A DNA stretch of 64,000 bases from Pavona decussata (lineage: Eukaryota), in the NCBI GenBank assembly GCA_977016875.1, contig CDRNST010000122.1, positions 2,170,001-2,234,000 of the forward strand, read 5' to 3'. The stretch's first letter is position 1; every line of letters starts with the position of its first letter. The translations under genes were made by a program, and so were the position numbers. Below, in pieces: positions 53,395 to 64,000 of the stretch. Under the pieces are notes generated by a model that saw nothing but the letters and a program-made list of their open reading frames with translations, ran no database searches and was not told where the DNA came from.

Positions 53395-56300
53395 AATTTG
53401 TACAAGCTAACACGGCTTGATAAATAAACACTTGATCTGTTGAAATTCTTTACCTAAAAATTTACATTGACGGTCGGAAATTTAAGGAAACAGAATTTTT
53501 TTGCCCGAATTCACAAGCTGCGTTGGCTTTGCGAAAATGCCAGCTGGCCTTTCTTCGCCCTTTTAACGACCTACTTGCCCCTCGGAGAACAAAAGGGATT
53601 AGGTTTTGAACGTTGCGAAAGTTTCAGGCGACCTTTCGCTAAAGAAAACCGCTCGTTTTTCTTTCCAATTTAATGGAATTTGCGAGGCAGGTGATGTCTT
53701 TCTGATCACATATTCCACCGAAACGCCATGCCTTGGGATCCCTGTCATCGTCAAGCTACAGAGGTGAAACAAATGCTTTCCGGTCCTTTTTGAGCTTGTA
53801 AGCGAGTGTTGAAGCAATTTGACTACAATCTGGCTACTTTGCCCATGTTGCTAGTCAGAGTATGGGATTTTTTTGCGAATAAAGAAATCTGCAAGTTAGC
53901 TTGAAATTACCCTTCATTTACAAGAATACTCCAGACGTGAATACTCAATAAAATTCGATATCGGAAAATCGATACACTCGACATAATCTGCGGTCATACC
54001 CTTCCTAACTCTCGTTTCTCGTTCTCTCTCAAAAAAGACACCTGATTGCAGGCAACACTCGATTATCACCGAATGCTATCGATTGTTATCGACAATCGAT
54101 CTCAGTGACAAGGCCAACAGGTTATGTGAAAAGCACGTGACCCACGTTGATGAAAACAATTTATCAGTGGATGCTCGGACATTTTGGGAAGATCTCATGA
54201 AAACATCTAAATAAAAATGCCCACTTTGTTCAGAATAACTTAGAGAGCCAAAGACGTCTTCGCTCATTTTGCCTGCCGTGTCTCGACAAGTTAGCCCGTG
54301 AAAGGAGACGGTTTAATTAAAGTAGAAATCAACTGCCCAATTTGTCAGTCATCTTCGCAGTACCACGAGTAAACACATTCACCGAATTATCCACCTCACA
54401 CTAACTCGGCGCTATACGCGCCTCGGATATCTATCATATCACATCCAACGCGTAGAGTAACGCGTGCTCGTGGAATGGTTAATTGTCCCCCAGTTTGTGG
54501 AGAACTGACGAGTTCCAGCCAGTGAAGGATGAGACTGTCCTCAGAAAAATGAACTCAGATAGACGTTTGACCTCCTGAAAAAAAGATACGCCTTTACACG
54601 GATGGTTATCGCGCTTTAAGATTTTGTCAGGAATTTGTAGATAAAACTCGACAAAATCTGCTGGAAAAATTTATAAACGTTTTGAGAAAATTGAAAAATA
54701 GTAACTTCGTTATTAGCAACTGTACACTTTACATCTCTCAGGTGATCAAGTGTGAGAGGTTATCAAATCAGTTTATAGAAAAAAAAATTTTGTCATGGTT
54801 TGCCTATTTCCGAGAATAGAGGATTTTACTGTGAATAGGTCTATTATGCAGAATTTGTTCGTATGGTTCAACGTTTGCCAAAAATTTTATTTATAGTTGC
54901 AAAGTAAAGTAATTTCAATATGCGATAACCAAAAGCACGTGTTGCAAACATTTGAACAAAGGTACAGTACTTTTTAAATGCAAAATTTAACCTTCAGCGG
55001 CAAGCTGCTTGCATGATTGGAAAGTGTTCAACACTAAAAAAAAATGAAGGAGTGAAATTTCTCCCAAGCACAAGCTACCGAACTTTTTAAAGGATAATTT
55101 TGACAACGTAGTCAATTGTTTTTTATTATCCTCGACCGTAGAGGTCTAAATATGCAAGTGACACAAATAATACACCACTGATAAAATGCATACTAATGAA
55201 CACTAATGATACATGGCCAGCGTGAGAATGTACATGCTACGAACAAATTGTCGCCACATTTTTGTTTGCATGAATCAACGCGAGCCATTCTATCGACCAG
55301 CCAATCAGAGAACTGTGCTGATCAAGATTCACGTGATGCGTCGAAGCGCGTTTTTCAAACTTCTCGCTTTTTATTACAATTTGACAAACAACTCAGCGCT
55401 TCAGCAAGGGAAAATGGCGGGAGGCAATGTTCCTTCTTCACCAAAAAGTATTAATGGAGAAGTGTTTTGTTCAGAGCAACCTGAAGACAATTATGGAGGA
55501 GGAAAAGTTCGAAAGAAAGGAAGGTAAAGTTCCTACATGTAGTATCTGCTATCGTTCATTTGATGTTCGCTCATATAAGTTCAAAACACATTTGCATCAT
55601 GCGAATGTTCCGCGAACTTGCTTCTTGTGAGATATTTCTCGAGAGCATTGGTTTTCTTTACGTTTACGATATACATTTTGCTTTCGAGAATATCAGACGA
55701 GTATAGGGTAGAGTACTCAGAATCAAGATTTTTTCTTTAGTTAAAAAAATGTTCGACAAAACGCGAGCACGTGGTGAAGAGTATGGCTGTGGATGTATCA
55801 TCTAGTTGAGGCCAAATTCAAACGTTATATTTCAATTCAGGTTCAAGATAAGAAATGAATCATTACTCTGTTGAACGTTTATGACGTTCATCTTTCAAAG
55901 GACGTCAATATAGTTTACAAATTGTGTGTGGATAATATTTACCGCAATTTTTCTTCAGTTTTTCTGGGGGTTGAATTCAATAACAGTTTGGATCGACGCG
56001 ACCAAAATGAAATATTCTTCTTCTTGTTACAAGCCTAGCTCACTTCAGTAAAAGTTTTATTTTCATTTATGCATCTTTGTGTCTTAAAAAGCAGGCGAAG
56101 GGAATATAAACGGCAATTACATTGGACATTTGTTGTTGAAAATTCCAGCGTCTTTCTTCGCAGAAGTTCATAAAAATTCTTTAATAAGTAACCACCGAAC
56201 CATGACCTTTGAAAATTGTCATAAAAACTCCTAAAAGCTTTTTCTTTCAGAGTTTCAATCCGATTGAAATTTCCTCTTCAACTTCAACAACTGTACATGT

Positions 56301-57176
56301 ATTATCTGCTGACATTTTTTGCGTCAGTTCTACCACGGGCGAGTTGCAAGGTGCTGAGCAAGAAAAGCGTTTTTTTTTTTTTCAAATTCTACATCATAGT
56401 TTGGTGCAAATTGCATGCCTTTATTCCTTAAAAAAAAAAAACAATTAAATATTTAAACTTAACCTTTTCTATTTTAGTTTTTTGAATGAATTATTTTAAT
56501 TTTGGAGAAACGAGTTAGCCAGCTTGCCATAATTTTTTTTATCTGAATAAATTTTGTAACATTTTCTTTAAAGGTATTTCGATACACTGTTTTTGAGGGA
56601 CCATACTTCGCTTTTTCAACCGGCTATTTGGTAAAATTCACCGACACCAATCGACGTGGAATTTACGCCAGTTATTGGTTTTGAGTTAAAGTTTATCAGG
56701 ATTAATATTTTAATAAAATCGATATTTAATTACCATGACGACAATAAACAAAAAATCTCAAAATCAGGAAATGGTAAATTTTGTTTTTGTGCGTTCCAGA
56801 TTTGAATAAGAAAAACTAATATCAAAATCTTGAACTGTTGTATATGGCAAATAAAATAAACAAAAATGAAAAAATTCTGTATGTTTGACTTTTAAAAAAT
56901 TGTAAATCGCAGAAGCGTTTTAAAAGGCTTAGTGCTTGTTTTACAAAAGTAAATAGAACGAAAAATAAACAACTCTTTTAAAAGATGTCTTGAAAATATT
57001 GCCAAAGTGTTCCCTGAAGGCAACGGGGAACTTTTAAGTTTAAAGACGGCGACGACGGCAGCGCCAACGAAAACCTTTCTTCAAAATATAAGTTTATTTC
57101 AATTTGTGCTCCTTCACGATTATATCAACTTGTTCAGCTTCTACAGAAATGGCGAACTACCCAAGACAGATGAAAG

Positions 57177-60100
57177 TGTCACGTCCTAAATATCCTTTGT
57201 ATTTTTATTTCTAGCTTTCCTAGACTTCCTGATGACTCACCTCAATCAGCTTTCAGTCGATCACAGTAACACAGTAACTCCAATCTAATGGAAACAGCCA
57301 GCACCACCACAGCATTCCCAACGGCCTCAGAATTGAACCACAGTGCGCAGTGTTCAGCCTCAGATACACAAATCAACAACAGAACCACAGCCTACCTTGA
57401 GCTTCAAAGTACCCAGTCAGATCAGACCCTTACAACTGACTCCGTTCAGTTCAGTAGTTTCTACCGCCTTCCTGCCAGCACTGACCCACTCTTAGCTTCG
57501 CCTCGACCACTCAAGACAAAGAAAACATCTTCAGTATGGGCAGGAGCCCATTGGTTAGTCTTTTCCTTGTGGGTTGGGAATAGGGGGGTAAATAACTGCT
57601 CTGGATGAACCTTACAAAGCACACTTTATGCACACACGTTCGGCCAGAAGTCAGCGGACTTCATATTCGGCTTACCTTAACTGTACTAACTATTAGTTAA
57701 TGGGTCCCCTTGGGTTGGACGGGTTTTTTCCCCCAAAAAGCTCCCCTTACGCTCCCGTGGGTTCCTTTGCAGGTTATTCGGTCAGGTGTCGAAATTAGGC
57801 CAAATTCTCTTCGATTCTTTCAGATTCGATTCGACTTTTTTCGGAGCATTTCGGAGCACTTCATCGCTGTCTTTACCGCCTTCTCCTTCGTCGACGTCGT
57901 GGTAATCGGTTCGGTGGCGATCACCAGCTTAGTTGCGCAAAAGCAAATTTGATATGACACACTTCACTTGACAGCGTGAGCGCTGATTTTAAGTGAAGCT
58001 TTCTTCCGTAAGGTTCAACCAGACATTTATTTAATTCAATGCTAGAAAACTAGAGGCTATAGGCCATTCAACCATTGTAAGGAGACCTTATTTGGCCACT
58101 CCTCACAGGTTTAGTGGTCTCTCTTGTTACAGGTATATAGTTACTCAGGCTCGCAAGTTTGGTGGGCAACAACCTCAGTTTAAGTTAGGCGCACCACTGG
58201 CGTGTAAAAAGGCGCAAGCAGATCCTTTCGAAGCATGATTTCCGTAAGATGTAACTGAAAGAGGCACTAAAATTCGAGAAATTAGTTTAAGAGGTTATCA
58301 CCAAACCTGAGAGCGTAGCCCTAGTGACAGGAAAATCATGACTCAGTAGTTAGCCGGGATATAATGGGACAACGCACACACGCCAGCTTAGATCGTTTAC
58401 AAATCGTAATCGTAGGTAGTCTTCGAGACCAATCTACGACGCAGAATCATTGGACAAGCATGGAGGTCGGACCATAGACGGCCAAATAGTCAGAGAAGAT
58501 AGTCCAAGATTATAGTTATTAGAAAGTGGCAGTTATTTGGGAGGATTTTCTTACTGTGGCAGTGTTGACACTGAGATGTCCTCGAGTTGATACTCAGGCC
58601 AACTAGTCTCCTTCGCAGGCGAAATTTGGATTGTCACGCTTTGCGCGGCGATCCAGTCGGTTGCGAAGGATTCTAGGGATGGTCGAGCTTGAGTATATTT
58701 GTCTCTTTGTTGATCTTGCCTTGTGGGAGGAACCTCCTCTACAAGAAAGGCCCGCATTGCACTTCGCGGCGAGAGAGCTTAGATCGTCTACAAATCGTAG
58801 GCGTAGGAAGTCTTCGCAACCTATGGAGACTGGTGAAGTACGAAGCTTGCCGGCACTGGTCGGCAGAGCCACAGTGGTGCATGTGGAGCAGCCTTCGCAG
58901 TCTACTGGTCAGTGGTTTGACACTGGTGCTGGCCGGCCGAAGAAAGAAGAACAAAGACTCAAGCCGCCCCATAGGTATCTTGATTAGTCAGTATAAGTAG
59001 GCGAGTAAGCTGCCATAGCGGTGATGAACAAAGACGTCGAACCAAGGACCTGGACCTGGATGTGGCATAGAACGAGTCGTTTGTGCTTGGATGTTATTGG
59101 TTACCACTGCCGAAATTTTGTTTTAACGTTAAATGGAAGAAAATAAAAATTGGTTATGGCTGCAACTGGGGCCATAAAAAATAATAAACTAAAAACCAGA
59201 TCACAGACAAGTTATCATGCGGCAGCGGAAATGACCTGTTGCTGGGATTAGGAAGAAGAGTAGTCAAAGAAGATAGCAGATAGCAATAATTTTAATTTGA
59301 GTTGATCTAACTGGTGTTAATGGACAAGCTTCATGAAGGGCGGAGTAAAATGTCTTCTCAGACATAAAGGGCACCTTATATTTTGACAATTTCGCACTTT
59401 TATCGCAAAATATCATTACTTTACACCTGTATTCGTGGCCGTATTTTAGCTCCCCCATTGAAGTCAACGCCCAGCAACAACTGTTAGGACAGCTATATAT
59501 AAATAATACTATATTTCACGTTTTCGCAGTGGTGAAAGTTGGCTACAACCACTGCAATTCGTCTAAAACCTGAACTTTATCGGTTGAGCATATTTTAAAA
59601 ATAAATTTAGCCAAACGTAGCGGCATACCGAGCGAAAGCATAAATGGTTGTATTCCAATCACACGGTTGTGAAAACGTGCAACTGGCCGGCCGGCACCAA
59701 TTTCCGGGTAAGACCTCGCCACTGACTGGTTAAGATGTCAACGCTGATTGCGCGTCCGTTCGAATCACCTTTGACTTCCGAGCCTACACCAGCATGGAGC
59801 AACGTCGTAACGCGTGAAAGCCAAGCAGGTTGGTTGCCACTGGCAACAGGTACGTGGGTTCACCGCATGATACAACCACGAAGTTGTATCACACTGGAAG
59901 ATAACAGCAATCCCGGATCTTTGCTTCAACCGCACCATGATTCTCTGGTCGTACACTTTTGATTAACGTCGGGTACATCGTAAAGTTTTCTTAAGAAAAA
60001 GCAAAAGTCTAGGATTGGTGTTATCTTCTAAAGTTAAATATAAAAAGTTCGATCCTAACTTCGCTATTTGGCTTCGATTCGGCTTCTCGATATTTTTTTT

Positions 60101-60460
60101 CGGCTATCGAATTCGGCTTTCGATCCGCTGCACACTTCCGAGAGCATGGGTGAAGGCTTAGTATCGACAAGGTCTCGATAACAAGCAGTTAAACACCTCT
60201 GCGCAACGCCCAGGGAACCCTGGGGAGTTCCTCTCGTAAGTGTCACGTTTTATGGACACAGGAGCTCTCTTCGGTTTCTCTTGGCGCCAAATTTTTCATG
60301 TAGGAGCGCGTCCCTTCGGCGATTTTTTTCGATATGGAGATACTTTAAGGTGTAACTTTAGATACTTTAAAAATAAATCTACAAGAACAAAACTGTGTCT
60401 TGTGTCTTTATTTAACTTTAACTAAACTAAACTAAACTAGACTAAACTAAACCAAGCAAC
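57177..60460 (-). mobile_element. Candidate non-coding LTR-retroelement-derived block
   Basis: TGTCA...TGACA-bounded 783-bp segment (57177-57959) with AATAAA near its minus-strand 3' end and a purine-rich AAGTGAAGTG just 5' of it; PBS-like TGGCGCC at ~60283-60289; (ACTAA)n at 60421-60450. No matching second LTR or TSD found. Confidence 0.35.
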
Positions 60461-60532
60461 AAATACTAACGGCAATATTTTATTTCAGGGAAAATGCTAA
60501 CCCAATGATTCTTTTTCAGGAAAGAAATACGC

Positions 60533-60786
60533 TATTTTTTCTCTGATAAAACCTTTTTTCGACGACAATGATGGTTTGGAATCCTCTTCTCTTTTTTCCT
60601 CACTGCTTCTTGGACACATTATTTTTTCTCCGATAAACCTTTTTCGACGACAACGATGGCTTGGAATCGTCTTCTTTTTTTTCCTCGCCGCTTCTTGGAC
60701 ACATTATTTTTTCTCCGATAAATCTTTTACGACGACAACGATGGTTTGGAATCGTCTTCTTTTTTTCCTCCCTCTTCTTGGACACC
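60533..60786 (+). repeat. ~85-bp tandem repeat, 3 copies
   Basis: Unit TATTTTTTCTCCGATAAACC...CGACGACAACGATGGTTTGGAATCGTCTTCT...CTTCTTGGACAC. Confidence 0.9.
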
Positions 60787-61454
60787 TCAGACGACTTCCA
60801 TCGCTTTTTGCCGCACGCATATCAAGAATATAATTGCACGAAAGTGTTATTACGACGCTTGTAATGGCTCAATGAAATTAATAAAAAATATACAAAAAGG
60901 GCTGCCTGTGTCTTAATCATGTCTTTTTTGCATTCAATAACAGTGTTATGAAAATATACTAACAATAAAAACCTTCACAAATGGAAGCTGTCAGAGTATT
61001 TTACTCGCGTCTTGCGTTGTTTTTCCACAACTAACGCTTTAGTTTCAGCTCTTCATTTTTTCACATTCTTCGAAGGATGCACATTTTTTCTCTTTCAATC
61101 ATTATCGAATCCCGAAGAGATCTCTGAACAAGATTACATCAACACATCTGAAGTCGAATGGCTAAGAGGTGGCGAGACATTTTTACGGAAAAACGCACAT
61201 TTTTGTCAAGCAATCGACGCTCATTGACACACTGCATAGATAACCATCAAAGGTCAAGGAAGAGAGGAAGATAGCAGCTCTAAAGAAGAAGAAATCAGTG
61301 ACGGAAATAGAAGCATATGCATATCGTTTGCCAAGAACAGCTTCAGAGTTGAGGTCAGGTGAGCCTTGTTCCTTTATTTTGTTCATTCTAACAGTGTATG
61401 GCATACATTCAGTTTTTAGTTCACAGTGAGTGGAGAGCTCCAATGCTGAACATC

Positions 61455-63212
61455 CATGGCACCAGAGAAATCCACAGACAAAAATTTCAGAAACGGAGTT
61501 GCACCTCAAGGTAAAACCGTAAGTACAACAAATTAAAAATCTTCTACCTTTACGATGACCGTGTCGATTCTGCGACAGTCCAATTCGAAAATACGCAAAA
61601 ACCATGCATATAAAGAAAATGGTAGCGATGTTCAACCTGCGCACTTCATTAGGATTTAATCCCAAAGTCTTCTCAATGTTTGCTCAAGTTAAAGTTTCTT
61701 TTCACCTTATCTACTCCAAAATACATTGTTGAGCTCAACAAACTAAAATCTGGGTATTAACTGCAATTCAAAGCAATTGAAATCTCGTTGACTCATGTCA
61801 ACTCATGAATTTCATTTTACTTACATTTAGGTCACCAATCAGGAGATGATCAGATTAAGTCCAGAGAAAAGTCAGCGGCTGGAAAAGAATTAACACCCAG
61901 CGGCTTCTTGAGGTAATCTCCGCGGCTAGCGTCAATAGAGCCAAGAGTAAAATCTGCACTATGAATGGGATTCAAACCCAATGACTTCAGAATTGACCTT
62001 AGCGAATTTATCTTACTTTAGGTAATCTGCGCAAAGGAAGTCAACAGAGCCCAGAGTAAATCTGCACCATGGCGCCAGGGAAATCCTCAGACAAACATTT
62101 ATGAAACGGCGTTGCACCTCAATGCAAAACCGTAAGTACAACAAATTAAAAATCTTCTACTTTTACAACGACTGTCGATCCCACAATAGTCCAATTCGAA
62201 AATACGCAAAAACCATAAGAAACTGACTAGCGATGTACAATCTGCGCACTTCAGTGGGATTTAAAACCAAAGGCCTATCAATGTTTGACTAGGTTAGAGG
62301 TTCTTTTCACCTTATCTACTACAAAATATATTGTGGAGCTCAACAAAACTTAGATCAAAATCGGCGCATTAACTGCAACCGGCAAATCAATTGAAATCTC
62401 GTTGTCTCACGTCAACTCATGAATTTCATTTCGCTTACATTTAGGTCACCAACCAGGAGATGTTCAGATTAAGTCCAGAGTAAAGTCTGCGCCTAGAAAA
62501 AAACATAAAACCCTGCGGCTTCTTGAGGTAATCTCCCCGGCTGGAGTCAATTAAGCCCAGAGCAAATCTGAGCCATGAATGGGATTCAAACCCAATGGAT
62601 TCAGAGTTTACCTCAGTGAATTTATCTTACTTTAGGTAATCTGGACAGAGGAAGTCAACAGAACCCAGATTAAAATCCGTGCCATGAATGAGGCTAAAAC
62701 CCGATGACTTCAGAATTGAACTTAGTGAATTTATCTTAATTTAGGTAATCTGCGCAGAGGAAGTCAACAGAGCCCAGAGTAAATCTGCACCATGACACCA
62801 GGGAAATCCTCAGACAAACATCTATGAAACGGCGTTGCACCACAATGCAAAACCGTAAGTACAACAAATTAAAAATCTTCTACTTTTACGATGACTGTCG
62901 ATCCCACAATAGTCCAATTCAAAAATACGCAAAAACCAGAAGAAACTGACTAGCGATGTACAATCTGCGCACTTCAGTGGGATTTAAAAACAAAAGCCTA
63001 TCAATGTTTGACAAGGTTAGAGTTCCTTTTCACCTTATCTACTACAAAATATATTGTGGAGCTCAGCAAAACTTAGATCAAAATCGGCGCATTAACTGCA
63101 ATTCAAATCAATTGAAATCTCGTTTTCTCACGTCAACCCATGAATTTCATTTCGCTTACATTTAGGTCACCAATCATGAATGGGATTCAAACCCCGTGAC
63201 TTCAAAATTAAC
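61455..63212 (+). repeat. Complex tandem array (units ~610 and ~720 bp plus a partial third) with internal ~110-bp subrepeats
   Basis: GAAATCC.CAGACAAA...GTTGCACC...AAAACCGTAAGTACAACAAATTAAAAATCTTCTAC recurs at ~61466, ~62080 and ~62802; ends at the TTAA site at 63213. Confidence 0.9.
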
Positions 63213-63216
63213 TTAA

Positions 63217-64000
63217 AGTGCCCATATCGGAATTTTTTTTATTTTCTTATCTGAATCTAAACATCACCCTAAGAACTTCAGTGAAAAAATTTTTTGATTT
63301 GCATAAAACGCGAATTTTTTATGAATTTTATAAGACGTTCAAATTTGCCGCCATTTTGGCCCACCATTCGCATTAGTCTTCTCTCGGTTTAGCAAGAGCT
63401 GTGACGTAGATTCAGGAACACGTGACTTCAGCCTTTCTCTGGATCTCACTGAAAACAAGTCGCGGTATTTCTGCACGTTTCTCGAAAATGCCGGAAAGAT
63501 GTGTTGCAGCGAGATGTGGAAACATCAAAGACGAAGCGAATGGAATAAGCATGCACAGGATTCCGTTCTTTGGCACCAAATGCCCGCAAAGACTGAGGAG
63601 GCGAAAGAAATGGATCGATTTTATGCTGGAGCGGAGGAAGATGTGGACGCGCGCCTGGAAAGACCTCGTCCTTGTGCTCGATGCACTTCAATGACGAGGA
63701 TTTCACAAGGCTGATGAATTCAGGTTTAAACTTAAAACGTGAACTGAAGTAGGATGACATCGCGTTTGTGTTTATCCTTTAAAACAGCTAAGCGAAAGGA
63801 AGACGAAGACCAAGAGCCACCTTCGAAGATCGAGGAGCAGGGAAAAGCGAATGGTAAGCTTTCGATACTGAATATTGACACCCGCTTGTGACATTCTAAG
63901 CGTTGTAACCTTCTGAGGTTTATAGGTTGACCTTACTGTTAACTCAGTCGCAAGTTTTATAAAATATGGCGTAATTGTTTTGGTATTTATTCTCATAGAT
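63217..64000 (+). mobile_element. 5' end of a Kolobok-like transposon with a disrupted THAP-domain ORF
   Basis: TTAA|AGTGCCC at 63213-63223. ATG at 63488 gives MPERCVAARC...MHRIPF...RRKKWIDF, then a frameshifted LCSMHFNDEDF (THAP C2CH signature), an in-frame stop, and a donor GTAAGC at 63854. The right end lies outside the window. Confidence 0.75.

Noticed and set aside
54500-54545. CTGACGA...GAGAC hammerhead-like string
   Set aside because: The GAAA core is mutated and stems I and III cannot be formed convincingly; at best a dead relic.
58603-58872. Minus-strand ORF containing FVDD, like the RT catalytic motif
   Set aside because: No other RT motifs nearby; the motif lies in a 41-nt duplicated segment whose other copy reads FVND.

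Overview
Intron-rich eukaryotic genomic DNA. The repeat landscape and gene content suggest a stony coral or other anthozoan; this is an inference and was not checked by search. Four spliced genes could be rebuilt by hand with consistent GT-AG phases: the 3' part of SMG5 (+, 623-7488), a 21-exon Groucho/TLE corepressor (+, 23705-40396, 777 aa), MRPL54 (-, 45191-46259) and AFG2B/SPATA5L1 (+, 46528-53076, 796 aa). MRPL54 and AFG2B are head-to-head. The rest is a long regulatory region upstream of TLE plus many mobile-element remnants: a decayed LINE, Kolobok-like TTAA elements (one with a THAP pseudogene), a Penelope 3' end carrying a minimal hammerhead ribozyme, tRNA-derived SINEs, palindromic MITEs, an LTR-like non-coding block and tandem arrays. 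The most notable observation is an 8-nt microexon (33415-33422) required for the full-length TLE frame. Skipping it would give a 199-aa Q+GP-only product resembling the AES/TLE5 antagonist, or an NMD substrate.
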